NCBI RefSeq assembly: GCF_041555395.1
Contig: NZ_JBFFKM010000008.1
Location: 936 to 64,935 of the forward strand
DNA: 64,000 bases
Source: Lutibacter sp.
GTDB taxonomy: Bacteria > Bacteroidota > Bacteroidia > Flavobacteriales > Flavobacteriaceae
Direction: 5' to 3'
Part shown: in pieces, positions 1 to 9,627 of the stretch
Layout: every line of letters starts with the position of its first letter
Numbering within the stretch: position 1 is the first letter of the stretch
The notes under the pieces: model-generated
Database searches by the model: none
Seen by the model: only the letters and a program-made list of their open reading frames with translations
Told to the model about the DNA's origin: nothing
Program-made: the position numbers and the translations under genes

Positions 1-363
1 TTTATGCTCTTTAAGTTGATTTGAAGAAAATAAAATACTGCCATTTTCTGCAATGAGGTGTTCACAACTTAAAAAAAAAGGCAATGTTATATTAATTTTT
101 TCTGCAGTTTCAACTTTAATTCCTTTCAAAAGTTTAAGCAAATCGTAATCGTTACAACTTATAGTTTTCCAAGAATTTTCCTGAATTATTTTGGATAAAT
201 TCACAGTCACTTCTTCTAAAGAGGTACAATACAAAAACTTGCCTTTATTTTTGATGAATTTTTTTACAAAAATCTGATCAATTGGCAAGTCTTTAAACTC
301 TGAAGAATCCTCCAAAGTTTCTTTTTGTTTTGGGGTATTAAATAATTTTTTGAAAAAGCTCAT
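1..363 (-). CDS. LUD-domain (lactate utilization B/C-like) protein, truncated by window edge
   Basis: Manual translation from ATG at 363: MSFFKKLFNTPKQKETLEDSSEFKDLPIDQIFVKKFIKNKGKFLYC...SCEHLIAENGSILFSSNQ, open to base 1; follows ftsH on the same strand. Family from recall. Confidence 0.6.
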   Translation of the reverse strand, partial: MSFFKKLFNTPKQKETLEDSSEFKDLPIDQIFVKKFIKNKGKFLYCTSLEEVTVNLSKIIQENSWKTISCNDYDLLKLLKGIKVETAEKINITLPFFLSCEHLIAENGSILFSSNQLKEHK

Positions 364-406
364 TATTTATATTGAATAAATCCAAAATTATAAAAAAGTT
401 TACAAT

Positions 407-2410
407 TTACTCTTCTGTTTCTAATGAATTTTCATTTTTTGTTTCATCTGTAACTTCTTTTTCTTTATCCACGACTTCAGTTACCAATTCCGCATACTCA
501 TTTTCAAAAGCTCTTTTCCCAAAAATAATTTCTAAATCTTTTTTGAAGATAACTTCTTTTTCCAATAACAGTTCAGCCAAAGTAGTTAACTTATCTTTGT
601 TTTCACTCAATATTTGAATAGCTCTTTGATACTGTTCTTCAATTAATTTTGAAATTTCTTTATCAATAATTTGAGCGGTATCTTCACTGTAAGGTTTGGT
701 AAAATTGTAATCGGATTGTCCGGAGGAATCGTAATAGGTTATATTCCCAATTTTATCGTTCAAACCATAAATAGAAACCATTGCCCTTGCTTGTCTGGTC
801 ACTTTTTCAAGGTCGTTTAAGGCGCCCGTAGAAATTCTGTCGAACATTAATTTTTCTGCAGCCCTACCAGCAAGTGTTGCGCACATTTCATCCAACATCT
901 GTTCGGTTTGTACAATTTGACGTTCTTCGGGCAAATACCAGGCAGCTCCCAAAGATTGTCCTCTCGGCACGATAGTCACTTTCACAAGTGGTGCGGCGTG
1001 CTCTAACATCCAACTGGCAGTTGCGTGGCCAGCTTCATGAAAAGCGATTGTTTTCTTTTCTCTTGGTGAAATAAGCTTATTTTTCTTTTCAAGTCCGCCA
1101 ACAATTCTATCAACTGCATCAAGAAAATCTTGATGATGAACCGCTTTTTTGCTTTTTCTGGCAGCAATTAAAGCCGCTTCATTACATAAATTTGCAATAT
1201 CAGCTCCTGAAAATCCAGGTGTTTGTTGTGACAAAAATTTGATATCAACATCTTTGTGAAGTTTCAAAGGCTTAATATGAACTTTAAAAATAGCTTCGCG
1301 CTCTGTTAAATTTGGCAAGTCTACATAAATTTGACGGTCAAATCGTCCGGCTCTTAGTAATGCTTTATCTAATACATCTGCGCGATTGGTCGCCGCAATT
1401 ACAATCACGTTGGTATCGGTTCCAAAACCATCCATTTCGGTCAATAATTGGTTTAAAGTATTTTCTCTTTCGTCGTTTCCTCCCGTAACATTGTTTTTTC
1501 CACGGGATCTTCCAACAGCATCAATTTCATCAATAAAAATGATGGATGGCGCTTTTTGCTGTGCTTGCTTAAATAAATCTCTCACTCGGGAAGCTCCGAC
1601 TCCTACAAACATTTCAACGAAATCTGAACCTGATAGGGAGAAAAACGGAACGCCCGCTTCACCTGCAACGGCTTTAGCCAATAAGGTTTTACCTGTACCT
1701 GGAGGGCCAACTAATAAGGCTCCTTTCGGAATTTTTCCACCAAGTGAAGTATATTTATCAGGACTTTTTAAGAAGTCTACTATTTCTTGAATTTCCTCTT
1801 TTGCACCTTCTAATCCGGCCACATCTTTAAAAGAAGTTTTTACTTTTTGATCTTGGTCAAATAATTTTGCTTTAGATTTTCCAATGCTAAAAATTTGTCC
1901 GGCACCTCCTCCGGAACCGCCTCCCGACATTCTTCTCATAAAATAGATCCACAAACCAATTAAAAATATGAAAGGCAAGTACATCAATATTTGTTCAAAA
2001 AAATTGGTTCTTTCAATGTTTTTTACATCAAAATCAAGTTGTTTTGCTTCTTTTTCCTCGCTCAATTCTTTTTCAAAATTCTGTAAATCACCAAAGGAGT
2101 AAGAATACATTGGAGAATCACCGGCATATAATGAAGTTTTATTTTTCTTATGCTTTTCCTTGTCTTGAGCCTCTTTTTTAATATAAATATTGGCCACATT
2201 TTTGTTTACAATGTCTATCCTGGAAATATCATTGTCTACAAGGATTGTTTTAAATTCATTTTGGCTCAAATTTTTAGAGGATAAATCTCCTGCAGTAAAA
2301 AATTGATAAATAAGAAATAGAACGAAAATGCCTCCATAAACCCAATAAAAATTAAATTTAGGTGGTTTTAGGCCTTTATTATTGGGCGTATTTTTAGTAT
2401 TCTGAGTCAT
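407..2410 (-). CDS. ftsH: ATP-dependent zinc metalloprotease FtsH
   Basis: Two TM segments, Walker A GPPGTGKT, Walker [17 protein letters not shown] zinc motif. Confidence 0.98.
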   Translation of the reverse strand: MTQNTKNTPNNKGLKPPKFNFYWVYGGIFVLFLIYQFFTAGDLSSKNLSQNEFKTILVDNDISRIDIVNKNVANIYIKKEAQDKEKHKKNKTSLYAGDSPMYSYSFGDLQNFEKELSEEKEAKQLDFDVKNIERTNFFEQILMYLPFIFLIGLWIYFMRRMSGGGSGGGAGQIFSIGKSKAKLFDQDQKVKTSFKDVAGLEGAKEEIQEIVDFLKSPDKYTSLGGKIPKGALLVGPPGTGKTLLAKAVAGEAGVPFFSLSGSDFVEMFVGVGASRVRDLFKQAQQKAPSIIFIDEIDAVGRSRGKNNVTGGNDERENTLNQLLTEMDGFGTDTNVIVIAATNRADVLDKALLRAGRFDRQIYVDLPNLTEREAIFKVHIKPLKLHKDVDIKFLSQQTPGFSGADIANLCNEAALIAARKSKKAVHHQDFLDAVDRIVGGLEKKNKLISPREKKTIAFHEAGHATASWMLEHAAPLVKVTIVPRGQSLGAAWYLPEERQIVQTEQMLDEMCATLAGRAAEKLMFDRISTGALNDLEKVTRQARAMVSIYGLNDKIGNITYYDSSGQSDYNFTKPYSEDTAQIIDKEISKLIEEQYQRAIQILSENKDKLTTLAELLLEKEVIFKKDLEIIFGKRAFENEYAELVTEVVDKEKEVTDETKNENSLETEE

Positions 2411-2447
2411 TTATATTTTTTCAATTATTTGTAAAAAATTAATTTGT

Positions 2448-2810
2448 TCAAGCTATTTTTGTGATTTTTGCATCACCCCATAAACGTTCAATATCATAAT
2501 ATTCACGAATATGTTTCTGAAAAACATGAACTACAATGTTTACGTAATCCAGTAAAATCCACTCTGCGATACCTTCGCCTTCAACGTGCCAAGGTTTTTC
2601 TTTTGCTGATTTGCTTACTTGTTTTTGTATAATGCCGGAAATAGCATTTACATGGGTATTTGAAGTTCCTGTACAAGTAATAAAATAATCACAAACTGTA
2701 TTATCAATTTCCCTCAAATCTAAAATTTGAACGTTTACCCCTTTTACATCATCTATCGCTTTCAAAATTGCTACAATTAAGTCGTCTGCGTTATTATTTT
2801 TTTTTGCCAT
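2448..2810 (-). CDS. rsfS: Ribosome silencing factor RsfS
   Basis: KGxNVQILDLRE...CDYFITCTGTSNTHVNAI...WILLDYVNIVVHVF...YYDIERLWGD; start set at MAKK (2810), downstream of the promoter element. Confidence 0.93.
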   Translation of the reverse strand: MAKKNNNADDLIVAILKAIDDVKGVNVQILDLREIDNTVCDYFITCTGTSNTHVNAISGIIQKQVSKSAKEKPWHVEGEGIAEWILLDYVNIVVHVFQKHIREYYDIERLWGDAKITKIA

Positions 2811-2831
2811 TAAATTTTTTTTAGTTTTGTG

Positions 2832-2839
2832 CAAAGTTA
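2832..2839 (-). promoter_or_regulatory. Bacteroidota sigma70 -7 element (TAACTTTG) for rsfS-ftsH
   Basis: CAAAGTTA on + strand = TAnnTTTG on - strand, about 20 nt before rsfS ATG. Confidence 0.65.
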
Positions 2840-2869
2840 TTATTTTTTTATAACATAATGTGCTTAAAG

Positions 2870-2877
2870 TAACTTTG
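2870..2877 (+). promoter_or_regulatory. Bacteroidota sigma70 -7 element (TAACTTTG) for birA
   Basis: Exact TAnnTTTG match 19 nt before birA ATG. Confidence 0.65.
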
Positions 2878-2896
2878 CTAAAATAATCTATACTAA

Positions 2897-3634
2897 ATGA
2901 ATATTATCAAACTTGATGCCATTGAATCTACAAATTATTACTTGAAGAAGCTTGCTGTTGAAAATGAGGTGGAAAGTTATACGGTGGTGTCTGCAAAATA
3001 TCAATCTGCCGGCAGGGGACAAATGGGTGCAAGATGGCACTCTGAAAAATGTAAAAACCTGACATTTAGCCTATTGATTAGACTTTCTTCGTTAGAGATT
3101 GAGCATCAATTTTATTTGAGTATGGCAGTTTCCTTAGGATTATTCACAGCTATTCGAACACATATTGCAACACCATTATTTATTAAATGGCCAAACGACA
3201 TTTTGGCAGAGAAAGACAAACTTGCTGGAATTTTAATCGAAAATATTGTTAGTGGCAATACTATTAAGCAATCTGTAATTGGCATTGGACTTAATGTGAA
3301 CCAGGAAAAATTCCCTTTAATTATTGGAAATGTTACCTCCTTAAAAAAGGTTACAGGAAATTACTTTGATACCGATTCATTATTAGAATCGATTGTAATT
3401 TCAATTGAAAACTTCATGGGTTATATAGATAGAAAGGAATTTCAACCATTAAAAAAATTATATTTAAAATCACTTTACAGGTTTGAAAAGCCATCAATGT
3501 TTGAAGATAAAAACGGAACTGTTTTTTTAGGAAAAGTCATCGATGTTTTTGAAGACGGGAAATTAGTTGTTGAATTGGAAAATGAAAAAACCTGCAAATT
3601 TAATTTCAAGGAAATTAAATTTGCAGGTTCTTAA
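2897..3634 (+). CDS. birA: Biotin--[acetyl-CoA-carboxylase] ligase (no N-terminal HTH)
   Basis: STN, QSAGRGQMG, IKWPNDI, KLAGILIE, GIGLNVNQ motifs. Confidence 0.95.
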   Translation: MNIIKLDAIESTNYYLKKLAVENEVESYTVVSAKYQSAGRGQMGARWHSEKCKNLTFSLLIRLSSLEIEHQFYLSMAVSLGLFTAIRTHIATPLFIKWPNDILAEKDKLAGILIENIVSGNTIKQSVIGIGLNVNQEKFPLIIGNVTSLKKVTGNYFDTDSLLESIVISIENFMGYIDRKEFQPLKKLYLKSLYRFEKPSMFEDKNGTVFLGKVIDVFEDGKLVVELENEKTCKFNFKEIKFAGS

Positions 3635-3649
3635 AATTGAATTTAATAT

Positions 3650-4039
3650 TTATAATTTCTCTGAATTTTCAGCCAACGTATCAATAAATTTTTGCAACGG
3701 ACCTTTTACCATCATCGCCATCATTGGATTAAAATCTCCTGCAAACAGCAATTGCAAGTCACATGTGTTTTCTGAAATAGGTTGAATCAAGGTTGTTAAT
3801 GAAAAATTTAATTTACTGCTTGCTGCACTTAATATAACTTTATCAAATTCATTTTTTTCTTTAATGACAAGCCTAATTTCAGGCATTCCTTTTAAGCTGA
3901 AAAGAAAGGAATCTCCGTCAACTTCAAATTTGTCAATATTTTTAGGCATCAATTGTTCAAAATTTCTCAGGTTGGTTAAAAATTCAAATAATTCTTTTTG
4001 AGATTTCTTTACTGCTGATTTTTTACTTTCTAAGTTCAT
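3650..4039 (-). CDS. SRPBCC/START-like family protein
   Basis: 129 aa, pattern LFEFLTNLRNFEQLMP and C-terminal helix FNPMMAMMVKGPLQKFIDTL typical of helix-grip fold. Confidence 0.6.
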   Translation of the reverse strand: MNLESKKSAVKKSQKELFEFLTNLRNFEQLMPKNIDKFEVDGDSFLFSLKGMPEIRLVIKEKNEFDKVILSAASSKLNFSLTTLIQPISENTCDLQLLFAGDFNPMMAMMVKGPLQKFIDTLAENSEKL

Positions 4040-4049
4040 AATTTATAAT

Positions 4050-4691
4050 TTATTGTTTCCAATCACTCGGATCTTCTCTCCATTGTTTAAGCGTTTCTAA
4101 TTCTTTTTCTGTGATATAATTATTGTCGAGAGATTGCTCCAACAAATAATCGTAATTGCTTAAAGTATGTAATTTAACGTTGGCCTCTTTAAAATTTTCT
4201 CGTGCAATATCAAAGCCATATGAGAAAATGGCCACCATTCCTTTTACGTTTGCCCCTTCTTCCTGTAATGCTTTAACGGCATTCAAACTGCTTTTTCCCG
4301 TACTGATTAAATCTTCAATAACTACTATATTTTTATTTTTTTCCAAATACCCCTCAACCTGGTTTTTTCTACCATGGCTTTTAGGTTCAGGTCTTACATA
4401 AACGAAAGGGACGTTTAATTGCTGGGCCACTAAAATTCCTATGGCGATGGCGCCGGTCGCAACTCCTGCAATAACATCTGGTTTTCCGTATTCTTGTTCA
4501 ATAATTTTAACTAAATTTTCTTTTATGTAAGTCCGTATTTCTGGAAAAGAAAGTGCGGTTCTGTTGTCGCAGTATATAGGTGATTTCCATCCTGAAGCCC
4601 AGGTAAATGGCTCGTTTGGCTGTAATTTAATTGCTTTTATCTGCAGCAAAAGCGCAGCTGTTTTTTTTGCAGTATCTTTGTTTAAAATCAT
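4050..4691 (-). CDS. pyrE: Orotate phosphoribosyltransferase
   Basis: FTWASGWKSPIYCDNR, RPEPKSHG, PRPP motif VVIEDLISTGKS; start set at MILNKDTAKK (4691). Confidence 0.96.
   Translation of the reverse strand: MILNKDTAKKTAALLLQIKAIKLQPNEPFTWASGWKSPIYCDNRTALSFPEIRTYIKENLVKIIEQEYGKPDVIAGVATGAIAIGILVAQQLNVPFVYVRPEPKSHGRKNQVEGYLEKNKNIVVIEDLISTGKSSLNAVKALQEEGANVKGMVAIFSYGFDIARENFKEANVKLHTLSNYDYLLEQSLDNNYITEKELETLKQWREDPSDWKQ
4673..4680 (+). promoter_or_regulatory. -7 element (TATCTTTG) for NUDIX gene, inside pyrE CDS
   Basis: Exact TAnnTTTG 18 nt before NUDIX ATG at 4699. Confidence 0.55.
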
Positions 4692-4695
4692 AACG

Positions 4696-4703
4696 CAAAT
4701 GTA
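4696..4703 (-). promoter_or_regulatory. -7 element (TACATTTG) for pyrE, overlapping NUDIX start codon
   Basis: CAAATGTA on + strand; 4 nt from pyrE ATG. Confidence 0.55.
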
Positions 4704-5280
4704 TAAAGTTTTTGTGAATGACTGTCCAATAATTTTAACAGATAATAAGAAAAATACAACAAATTTTAACGCGGTCAATTTTGAAAGCATCCAAGTTGAT
4801 GAAATTGTTGCTCAAATTTTTCAGAATAGGTTAGAAGGTATCTTCTTGTTATGTGAAAATTTATCAGCAAGTTGGCAGCAGTTTAAATCTTATTTTATAA
4901 GTCAAAAAGCGGCAGGAGGAAAGGTTTTAAATTCCAATAGTGAAGTGCTTTTTATTTACCGTTTTAATAAATGGGATTTGCCTAAAGGAAAATTGGAAAA
5001 GGGAGAATCTATTTCAGAATGCGCTATTCGGGAAGTAGAAGAAGAATGCGGCATTACAAATCTTCAAATCTTAAAACCTTTAGGAACTACCTATCATATT
5101 TATAAAGAGAAAGGAAACACCATTTTAAAAACCACCTATTGGTTTTTAATGAGTACTGATTATTCAGGTAAATTAACGCCCCAAATTAAAGAAGGAATTG
5201 AACAGGTGGTTTTTAAAAATGAGGCAGAAATCGATAAAGCATTAGAAAATACTTACGAAAATATTAAGTTGCTTTTTTAA
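4699..5280 (+). CDS. NUDIX hydrolase
   Basis: Nudix box GKLEKGESISECAIREVEEECG; start set at MYKVFVND (4699). Confidence 0.9.
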   Translation: MYKVFVNDCPIILTDNKKNTTNFNAVNFESIQVDEIVAQIFQNRLEGIFLLCENLSASWQQFKSYFISQKAAGGKVLNSNSEVLFIYRFNKWDLPKGKLEKGESISECAIREVEEECGITNLQILKPLGTTYHIYKEKGNTILKTTYWFLMSTDYSGKLTPQIKEGIEQVVFKNEAEIDKALENTYENIKLLF

Positions 5281-5284
5281 TTGG

Positions 5285-5308
5285 CCCCCTAACCTCCGAA
5301 TAGGGAAT
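5285..5308. repeat. Short GC-rich hairpin between convergent genes (possible degenerate REP-like element or terminator)
   Basis: CCCCCTAACCTCCGAATAGGGAAT: CCCTA/TAGGG stem in an AT-rich context. Confidence 0.3.
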
Positions 5309-5943
5309 TAATTTTTCTCTTCATTTAAATAAGAAATCCACGCTGTTTTGGCATTTAAGTTTTTCACGGTTGAAGCATCATTTACTTTTATAATTGTAAT
5401 TTCTTCTGAATTTAATTTTTTGATTTGTAAATCGAGACGAGAATTTTCCTTAGAAACATCCAACGAAATTAGTTTTTGCCAAAAATTTGCAGCCATTTTT
5501 ATGGGATGCCCATTTTTGCCTTCAAAATTCGGAATTACAATGTTATTTTTTACTGAAAGGATGTTGTTTAGTTCTTCTGAATTTAAAAGTGGAACATCTA
5601 TTGGTATTACAAGCACATCACCATTGAATTTTATATTTTTCAATACTGTTTGAAGTGTAGAAAATGAACCCAATTCAGGAGTCGGATTTACAATGGTTTT
5701 TACTTTTAATCCTTGATAATCAATATTATTTGTCAATGCGTCCTTTAACCAAGGAATTGCATCAAAATAGTGCTCGTAATTGTAGCCCAAACCGAGATAA
5801 ACCTTTTTTATTTTTGTAGTTGAAATGCGGTTTAATTGCTCTAAAATCCAAAAAGTGAGTTTGTATTTAAGCAAACCTTTATCCACACCCATTCGTTCCG
5901 ATTTTCCGCCAGCGAGCAAAACAAAAACAGGGTCATTTTCCAT
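5308..5943 (-). CDS. MocA/MobA-like nucleotidyltransferase (molybdenum cofactor dinucleotide synthesis)
   Basis: LLAGGKSERMGVDKGLL, PIDVP, GKNGHP motifs; last gene of Mo-hydroxylase cluster. Confidence 0.8.
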   Translation of the reverse strand: MENDPVFVLLAGGKSERMGVDKGLLKYKLTFWILEQLNRISTTKIKKVYLGLGYNYEHYFDAIPWLKDALTNNIDYQGLKVKTIVNPTPELGSFSTLQTVLKNIKFNGDVLVIPIDVPLLNSEELNNILSVKNNIVIPNFEGKNGHPIKMAANFWQKLISLDVSKENSRLDLQIKKLNSEEITIIKVNDASTVKNLNAKTAWISYLNEEKN

Positions 5944-6694
5944 AGTATTTTTTCAATAATTCCGAAGCAATGCTGATGGCAATTTCTTTAGGCGTGAAGC
6001 CGCCGATGTCCAGACCAATCGGACAGTGAACGGGAGAAATTCCAAGTTCAAAATTCAGTTCTTTTTTTAGCAGATTATTGAATTTGTTTTTTTTCGTTTT
6101 ACTGCCAATAAGTCCTATGTATTTTGTTTCGGAATGCAGGGCCAACGCGGTTATTTCAAAATCCAATTTATGGTCGTGTGTCATGATGGCTATGTAACAA
6201 TTTGGACCCCAGTTTATAAATTGTTTGTAAAAATTAAAATCAATGTCGCTAAACGTAATGGATTTGTCGATTTCAATAGTGCTTTTCCAGTTTTCGCGAA
6301 CATCTAACAAAGTAATATTAAAGGGCGTGTTTTTTAAAACATTGCACAATTCAATACCAATATGTCCGGCGCCAAAAAGATATAATTCGGGAGATTGATT
6401 CATAGGTTCAATAATTAATTCCACTTTTCCACCGCAGCATTGCTCAAATTCCGGGCCTAAAGTATAGGATAATTCTATTATTTTATTTTCATAAATGGAA
6501 ACAACAGCTTCATCAATCACTTTAAATTCCAATTTGCCGCCGCCAATGGTTCCAAAGATTTCTTTTTGCTTGGTGACAATCATTTTTGAAGCTACTTTAC
6601 AGGGCGCAGATCCTAAAATTTTTGTAACGGTAACTAATGCTACAGGCTGTTTTTTTCTTTTAAACTCATGTAATAATTCAATCCAATTGTTCAT
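5933..6694 (-). CDS. xdhC: Xanthine dehydrogenase accessory/Moco chaperone XdhC family
   Basis: GSAPC, GTIGGGKLE, CCGG, FGAGHIG, MTHDHKLD, YIGLIGSKTK, CPIGL, TPKEIAISI. Confidence 0.9.
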   Translation of the reverse strand: MNNWIELLHEFKRKKQPVALVTVTKILGSAPCKVASKMIVTKQKEIFGTIGGGKLEFKVIDEAVVSIYENKIIELSYTLGPEFEQCCGGKVELIIEPMNQSPELYLFGAGHIGIELCNVLKNTPFNITLLDVRENWKSTIEIDKSITFSDIDFNFYKQFINWGPNCYIAIMTHDHKLDFEITALALHSETKYIGLIGSKTKKNKFNNLLKKELNFELGISPVHCPIGLDIGGFTPKEIAISIASELLKKYYGK

Positions 6695-6697
6695 TAA

Positions 6698-6770
6698 AAT
6701 TGTTGAGTTGTTTATTTGTTGAATCGCTTATTTGTTGAATCGTTGAATTGTGTAATTGTTGAATTTTTCA
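6698..6770. repeat. Intergenic short tandem repeat patch (TTGTTGAA-type)
   Basis: TTATTTGTTGAATCG exact at 6712-6726 and 6728-6742, plus further TTGTTGA(G/A)T units. Confidence 0.75.
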
Positions 6771-6830
6771 ATTATTTCATTGACTAATTTTCAAATTTCC
6801 AAATTTTATCCTAGCAACTTTCTACTAAAA

Positions 6831-9020
6831 TCAAACCAGACCGTAATCCGATAACGGCAAATTGTAATATCTTTTTCCGGTTAATTTATAAATTGCATTT
6901 ACAATAGCCGGAGCAATCACAGGAACACCAGGTTCACCAACCCCGGTTGGATTTTCGCTGCTTTCCACGATTTCCACATGAACAGTCGGAATTTCATTTA
7001 TTCGTATCATTTTATAATCGTGAAAATTACTTTGTTCAATAGCGCCATTTTTAGCGGTAATTTTTCCGTAATATGCCAATGACATTCCAAAAATTGCAGC
7101 GCCTTCCATTTGCGCTTTAACGGTATCGCGATTTACGACGGTTCCGCAATCAATAACGGTATAAACATTGTGGACTTTCAACTTATTGTCAATCAAAGAA
7201 ACTTCAACAACAGAAGCCACATAGGAATAAAAACTGTAATGAACCGATAATCCGTAAGCGTGACCTTCGGGAAGTTGTTTTCCCCATTCCGCATTTTTTG
7301 CGGCTATTTTTAACACATTTTTAAGTCGTGCAGTATTGTATTTTATTTCATTTTCTGTTTCTTCAATGCGATCGTTTCCAATTAGATTCAACCTAAATTC
7401 CAGCGGATCTTTTCCAGCTGCAATCGCCAATTCATCTGCAAACACATTTTGTGAAAATCCGTGAGGAATATTAATGACTGAACGCAGCCATCCAATTCTG
7501 ACGTGTGCAGGAGATTGTCCCACTTCAACTTTCATGTTTTTTATGTCAAACGGAACATTGGCAGCGCTTGCAATTTCAAATCCGGCCGGATAATCCACAC
7601 CGGGTGAAAATGTGGAAGCAATTGAAGGAAGCGCAAATCGATGCAACCAGCCACTGACATTGCCGGCGCTGTCGAGCGACGCTTTCAGGTATTGTGAACT
7701 TACGGTATGGTAATAACCATGATTGATATCATCTTCTCTGGTCCAAACAACTTGAACAGGCGCGTTGATTGCTTTTGAAATCACAACAGCTTCAACCACA
7801 TAATCGGGTTTGGATTTCCGTCCAAATCCACCGCCTAAAAAAGTCACATTGATGGTAACTTTATCCTCGGGAGTTTCTAAATAATCACTGACTTCTTTTC
7901 TGGCAGATTGCGGATCTTGTGTTGGCGCCCAAACTTCGCAGGAATCACCTTGAACCCAAGCCACAGCATTTGGAACTTCCATTGGTGCATGTGCTAAATG
8001 AGGCAATTGAAACGTGCTTTCAACAATTTTTGCAGCATTTTTAAAAGCCTTGTTAACATTGCCCACATCTTTTCCGACTTTCCCCTGTTTGTGAACATTT
8101 TCAGTAATTTGTGCCATATAGTTTGCTGAATCGTATGTCACATTATCGCCATAATTCCATTCAATTTTTAAGGCTTCTTTTCCTTTAAAGGCCGCCCAGG
8201 TATTTGAGGCAATGACAGCTATACCACCTAGCGTTCCAAAAGGTTTTTCAATTCTTGGAATTTCAATAATATCAATAACTCCAGGAATTTTTAAAGCGTC
8301 GGTTTTATCAAAAGATTTTACGGTTCCGAAGGTTACAGGGCAACGTTGTATTGCCGCAAATTTCATATTTGGCAACCGCTTATCCAATCCAAAAACAGCA
8401 CTTCCGTTTGCATATTCTTCTACATCAACACTTCTTAATTTTTTACCGATATATTTGAAATCCTTTGGATTTTTATAAGTTATCTCAGTTGGAACTTCCA
8501 ATGTTTTAGCTATTTCAACCAAATCACCATAGGTAATTTTTTTGCCGCTTGAGTGTATTACAAAATGGTTTTCGGTCGAACATTCAGATTCAGGAACTTG
8601 CCATTTTTGCGCTGCAGCTGTGATTAACATAGCTCTTGCCATAGCGCCCATTTTTCTCATCGGTTCATATAAATATCGAACACTTCTTGAGCCATCGGTA
8701 TTTTGATCACCATATTTTACGTCACCAACTGCCTGTTGTACAGTAACTTTAGTCCAGTCTGCATCCATTTCATCTGCAATAACCGATGTTAAAGAAGTTC
8801 TGACGCCATTCCCCATTTCTGAACGCGAAGCGATTAAAATTAAGCTTCCGTCATCATTTAACTGAATAAATAAATTTGGGTTGAAATTGACTAAATCTTT
8901 ATTTTTCCCTTTTTCTTTATCTGAAAAGATGGAAGTATTGCAGGCTAAAATCAATCCTCCTGATGCCAAACCAATACTTTTTACGAAAGTTCTACGACTT
9001 ATATTTCTAATTGGATTCAT
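6831..9020 (-). CDS. Molybdopterin-binding subunit, xanthine dehydrogenase family (isoquinoline 1-oxidoreductase beta-like)
   Basis: SRRTFVK twin-Arg leader, RSEMGNGVRT, QNTDGSRSVR, HAPME, GGGFGRK, GWLRSV, GVGEPGVP. Confidence 0.92.
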   Translation of the reverse strand: MNPIRNISRRTFVKSIGLASGGLILACNTSIFSDKEKGKNKDLVNFNPNLFIQLNDDGSLILIASRSEMGNGVRTSLTSVIADEMDADWTKVTVQQAVGDVKYGDQNTDGSRSVRYLYEPMRKMGAMARAMLITAAAQKWQVPESECSTENHFVIHSSGKKITYGDLVEIAKTLEVPTEITYKNPKDFKYIGKKLRSVDVEEYANGSAVFGLDKRLPNMKFAAIQRCPVTFGTVKSFDKTDALKIPGVIDIIEIPRIEKPFGTLGGIAVIASNTWAAFKGKEALKIEWNYGDNVTYDSANYMAQITENVHKQGKVGKDVGNVNKAFKNAAKIVESTFQLPHLAHAPMEVPNAVAWVQGDSCEVWAPTQDPQSARKEVSDYLETPEDKVTINVTFLGGGFGRKSKPDYVVEAVVISKAINAPVQVVWTREDDINHGYYHTVSSQYLKASLDSAGNVSGWLHRFALPSIASTFSPGVDYPAGFEIASAANVPFDIKNMKVEVGQSPAHVRIGWLRSVINIPHGFSQNVFADELAIAAGKDPLEFRLNLIGNDRIEETENEIKYNTARLKNVLKIAAKNAEWGKQLPEGHAYGLSVHYSFYSYVASVVEVSLIDNKLKVHNVYTVIDCGTVVNRDTVKAQMEGAAIFGMSLAYYGKITAKNGAIEQSNFHDYKMIRINEIPTVHVEIVESSENPTGVGEPGVPVIAPAIVNAIYKLTGKRYYNLPLSDYGLV

Positions 9021-9022
9021 GG

Positions 9023-9481
9023 CTATCCTTGTTTTTTAAGTTCAACAGTTCGGTGAATGGCACTTTTTATGCGTTGGTAAGTGCCGCAACGGCAAATATT
9101 TCCGATCATGGCTTCGTTAATTTCTTCATCGGTTGGGTCATTATTTTTGTCGAGCAATGCAGTCGCCGCAATAAGTTGACCTGGTTGGCAAAATCCGCAT
9201 TGAGGAACATTTAGCGCTGCCCAAGAATCTTGCAGCAACTTCAAATTTTCTGAGACACCTTCTATAGTCACTACATTTTTGCCTTCTGCGGCCGATACGG
9301 GAATCATACAAGACTGCACAGGGGAATTATCCAGTAATACTTTACATGAACCACATACGCCAATTCCGCAGCCATATTTTGTTCCTGTAAGTCCAACGAT
9401 ATCTCTAATTGCCCAAAGCAAAGGCATTTCAGGAGCAACATCAATGTTGTGTTTTTCTCCGTTAATTTGAAGTGTAATCAT
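9023..9481 (-). CDS. (2Fe-2S)-binding subunit (isoquinoline 1-oxidoreductase alpha-like)
   Basis: GTKYGCGIGVCGSC, QCGFCQPGQ, GNICRCGTY. Confidence 0.95.
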   Translation of the reverse strand: MITLQINGEKHNIDVAPEMPLLWAIRDIVGLTGTKYGCGIGVCGSCKVLLDNSPVQSCMIPVSAAEGKNVVTIEGVSENLKLLQDSWAALNVPQCGFCQPGQLIAATALLDKNNDPTDEEINEAMIGNICRCGTYQRIKSAIHRTVELKKQG

Positions 9482-9627
9482 CGTGAAATTTGGTTTTCGT
9501 TTAAGAATAACAAGTTATGAAATTTTTATTAAAGTCAAAAAGAAAATAGAGAAGATCAAATAGACCAAAAAAGTCAAAAGTTTGAAAGTAGAAAAGGGAA
9601 TTAGCCAATATGCCAATAATCTAAAAT

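Noticed and set aside
1386-1790. Antisense ORFs of 60-145 aa inside ftsH, and similar ones in topB, dnaK, uvrA, tuf, rplL, rpoB and rpoC
   Set aside because: Shadow frames of well-conserved genes with no recognisable motifs or start context.
4692-4790. Long overlapping N-terminal extensions of pyrE and NUDIX in the ORF track
   Set aside because: Family similarity begins at MILNK and MYKVF, and promoter elements fit the shorter starts.
6698-6770. CRISPR array in intergenic repeats (also 15910-17074 and 17120-17148)
   Set aside because: No regular 25-45 bp repeat with unique spacers and no cas genes.
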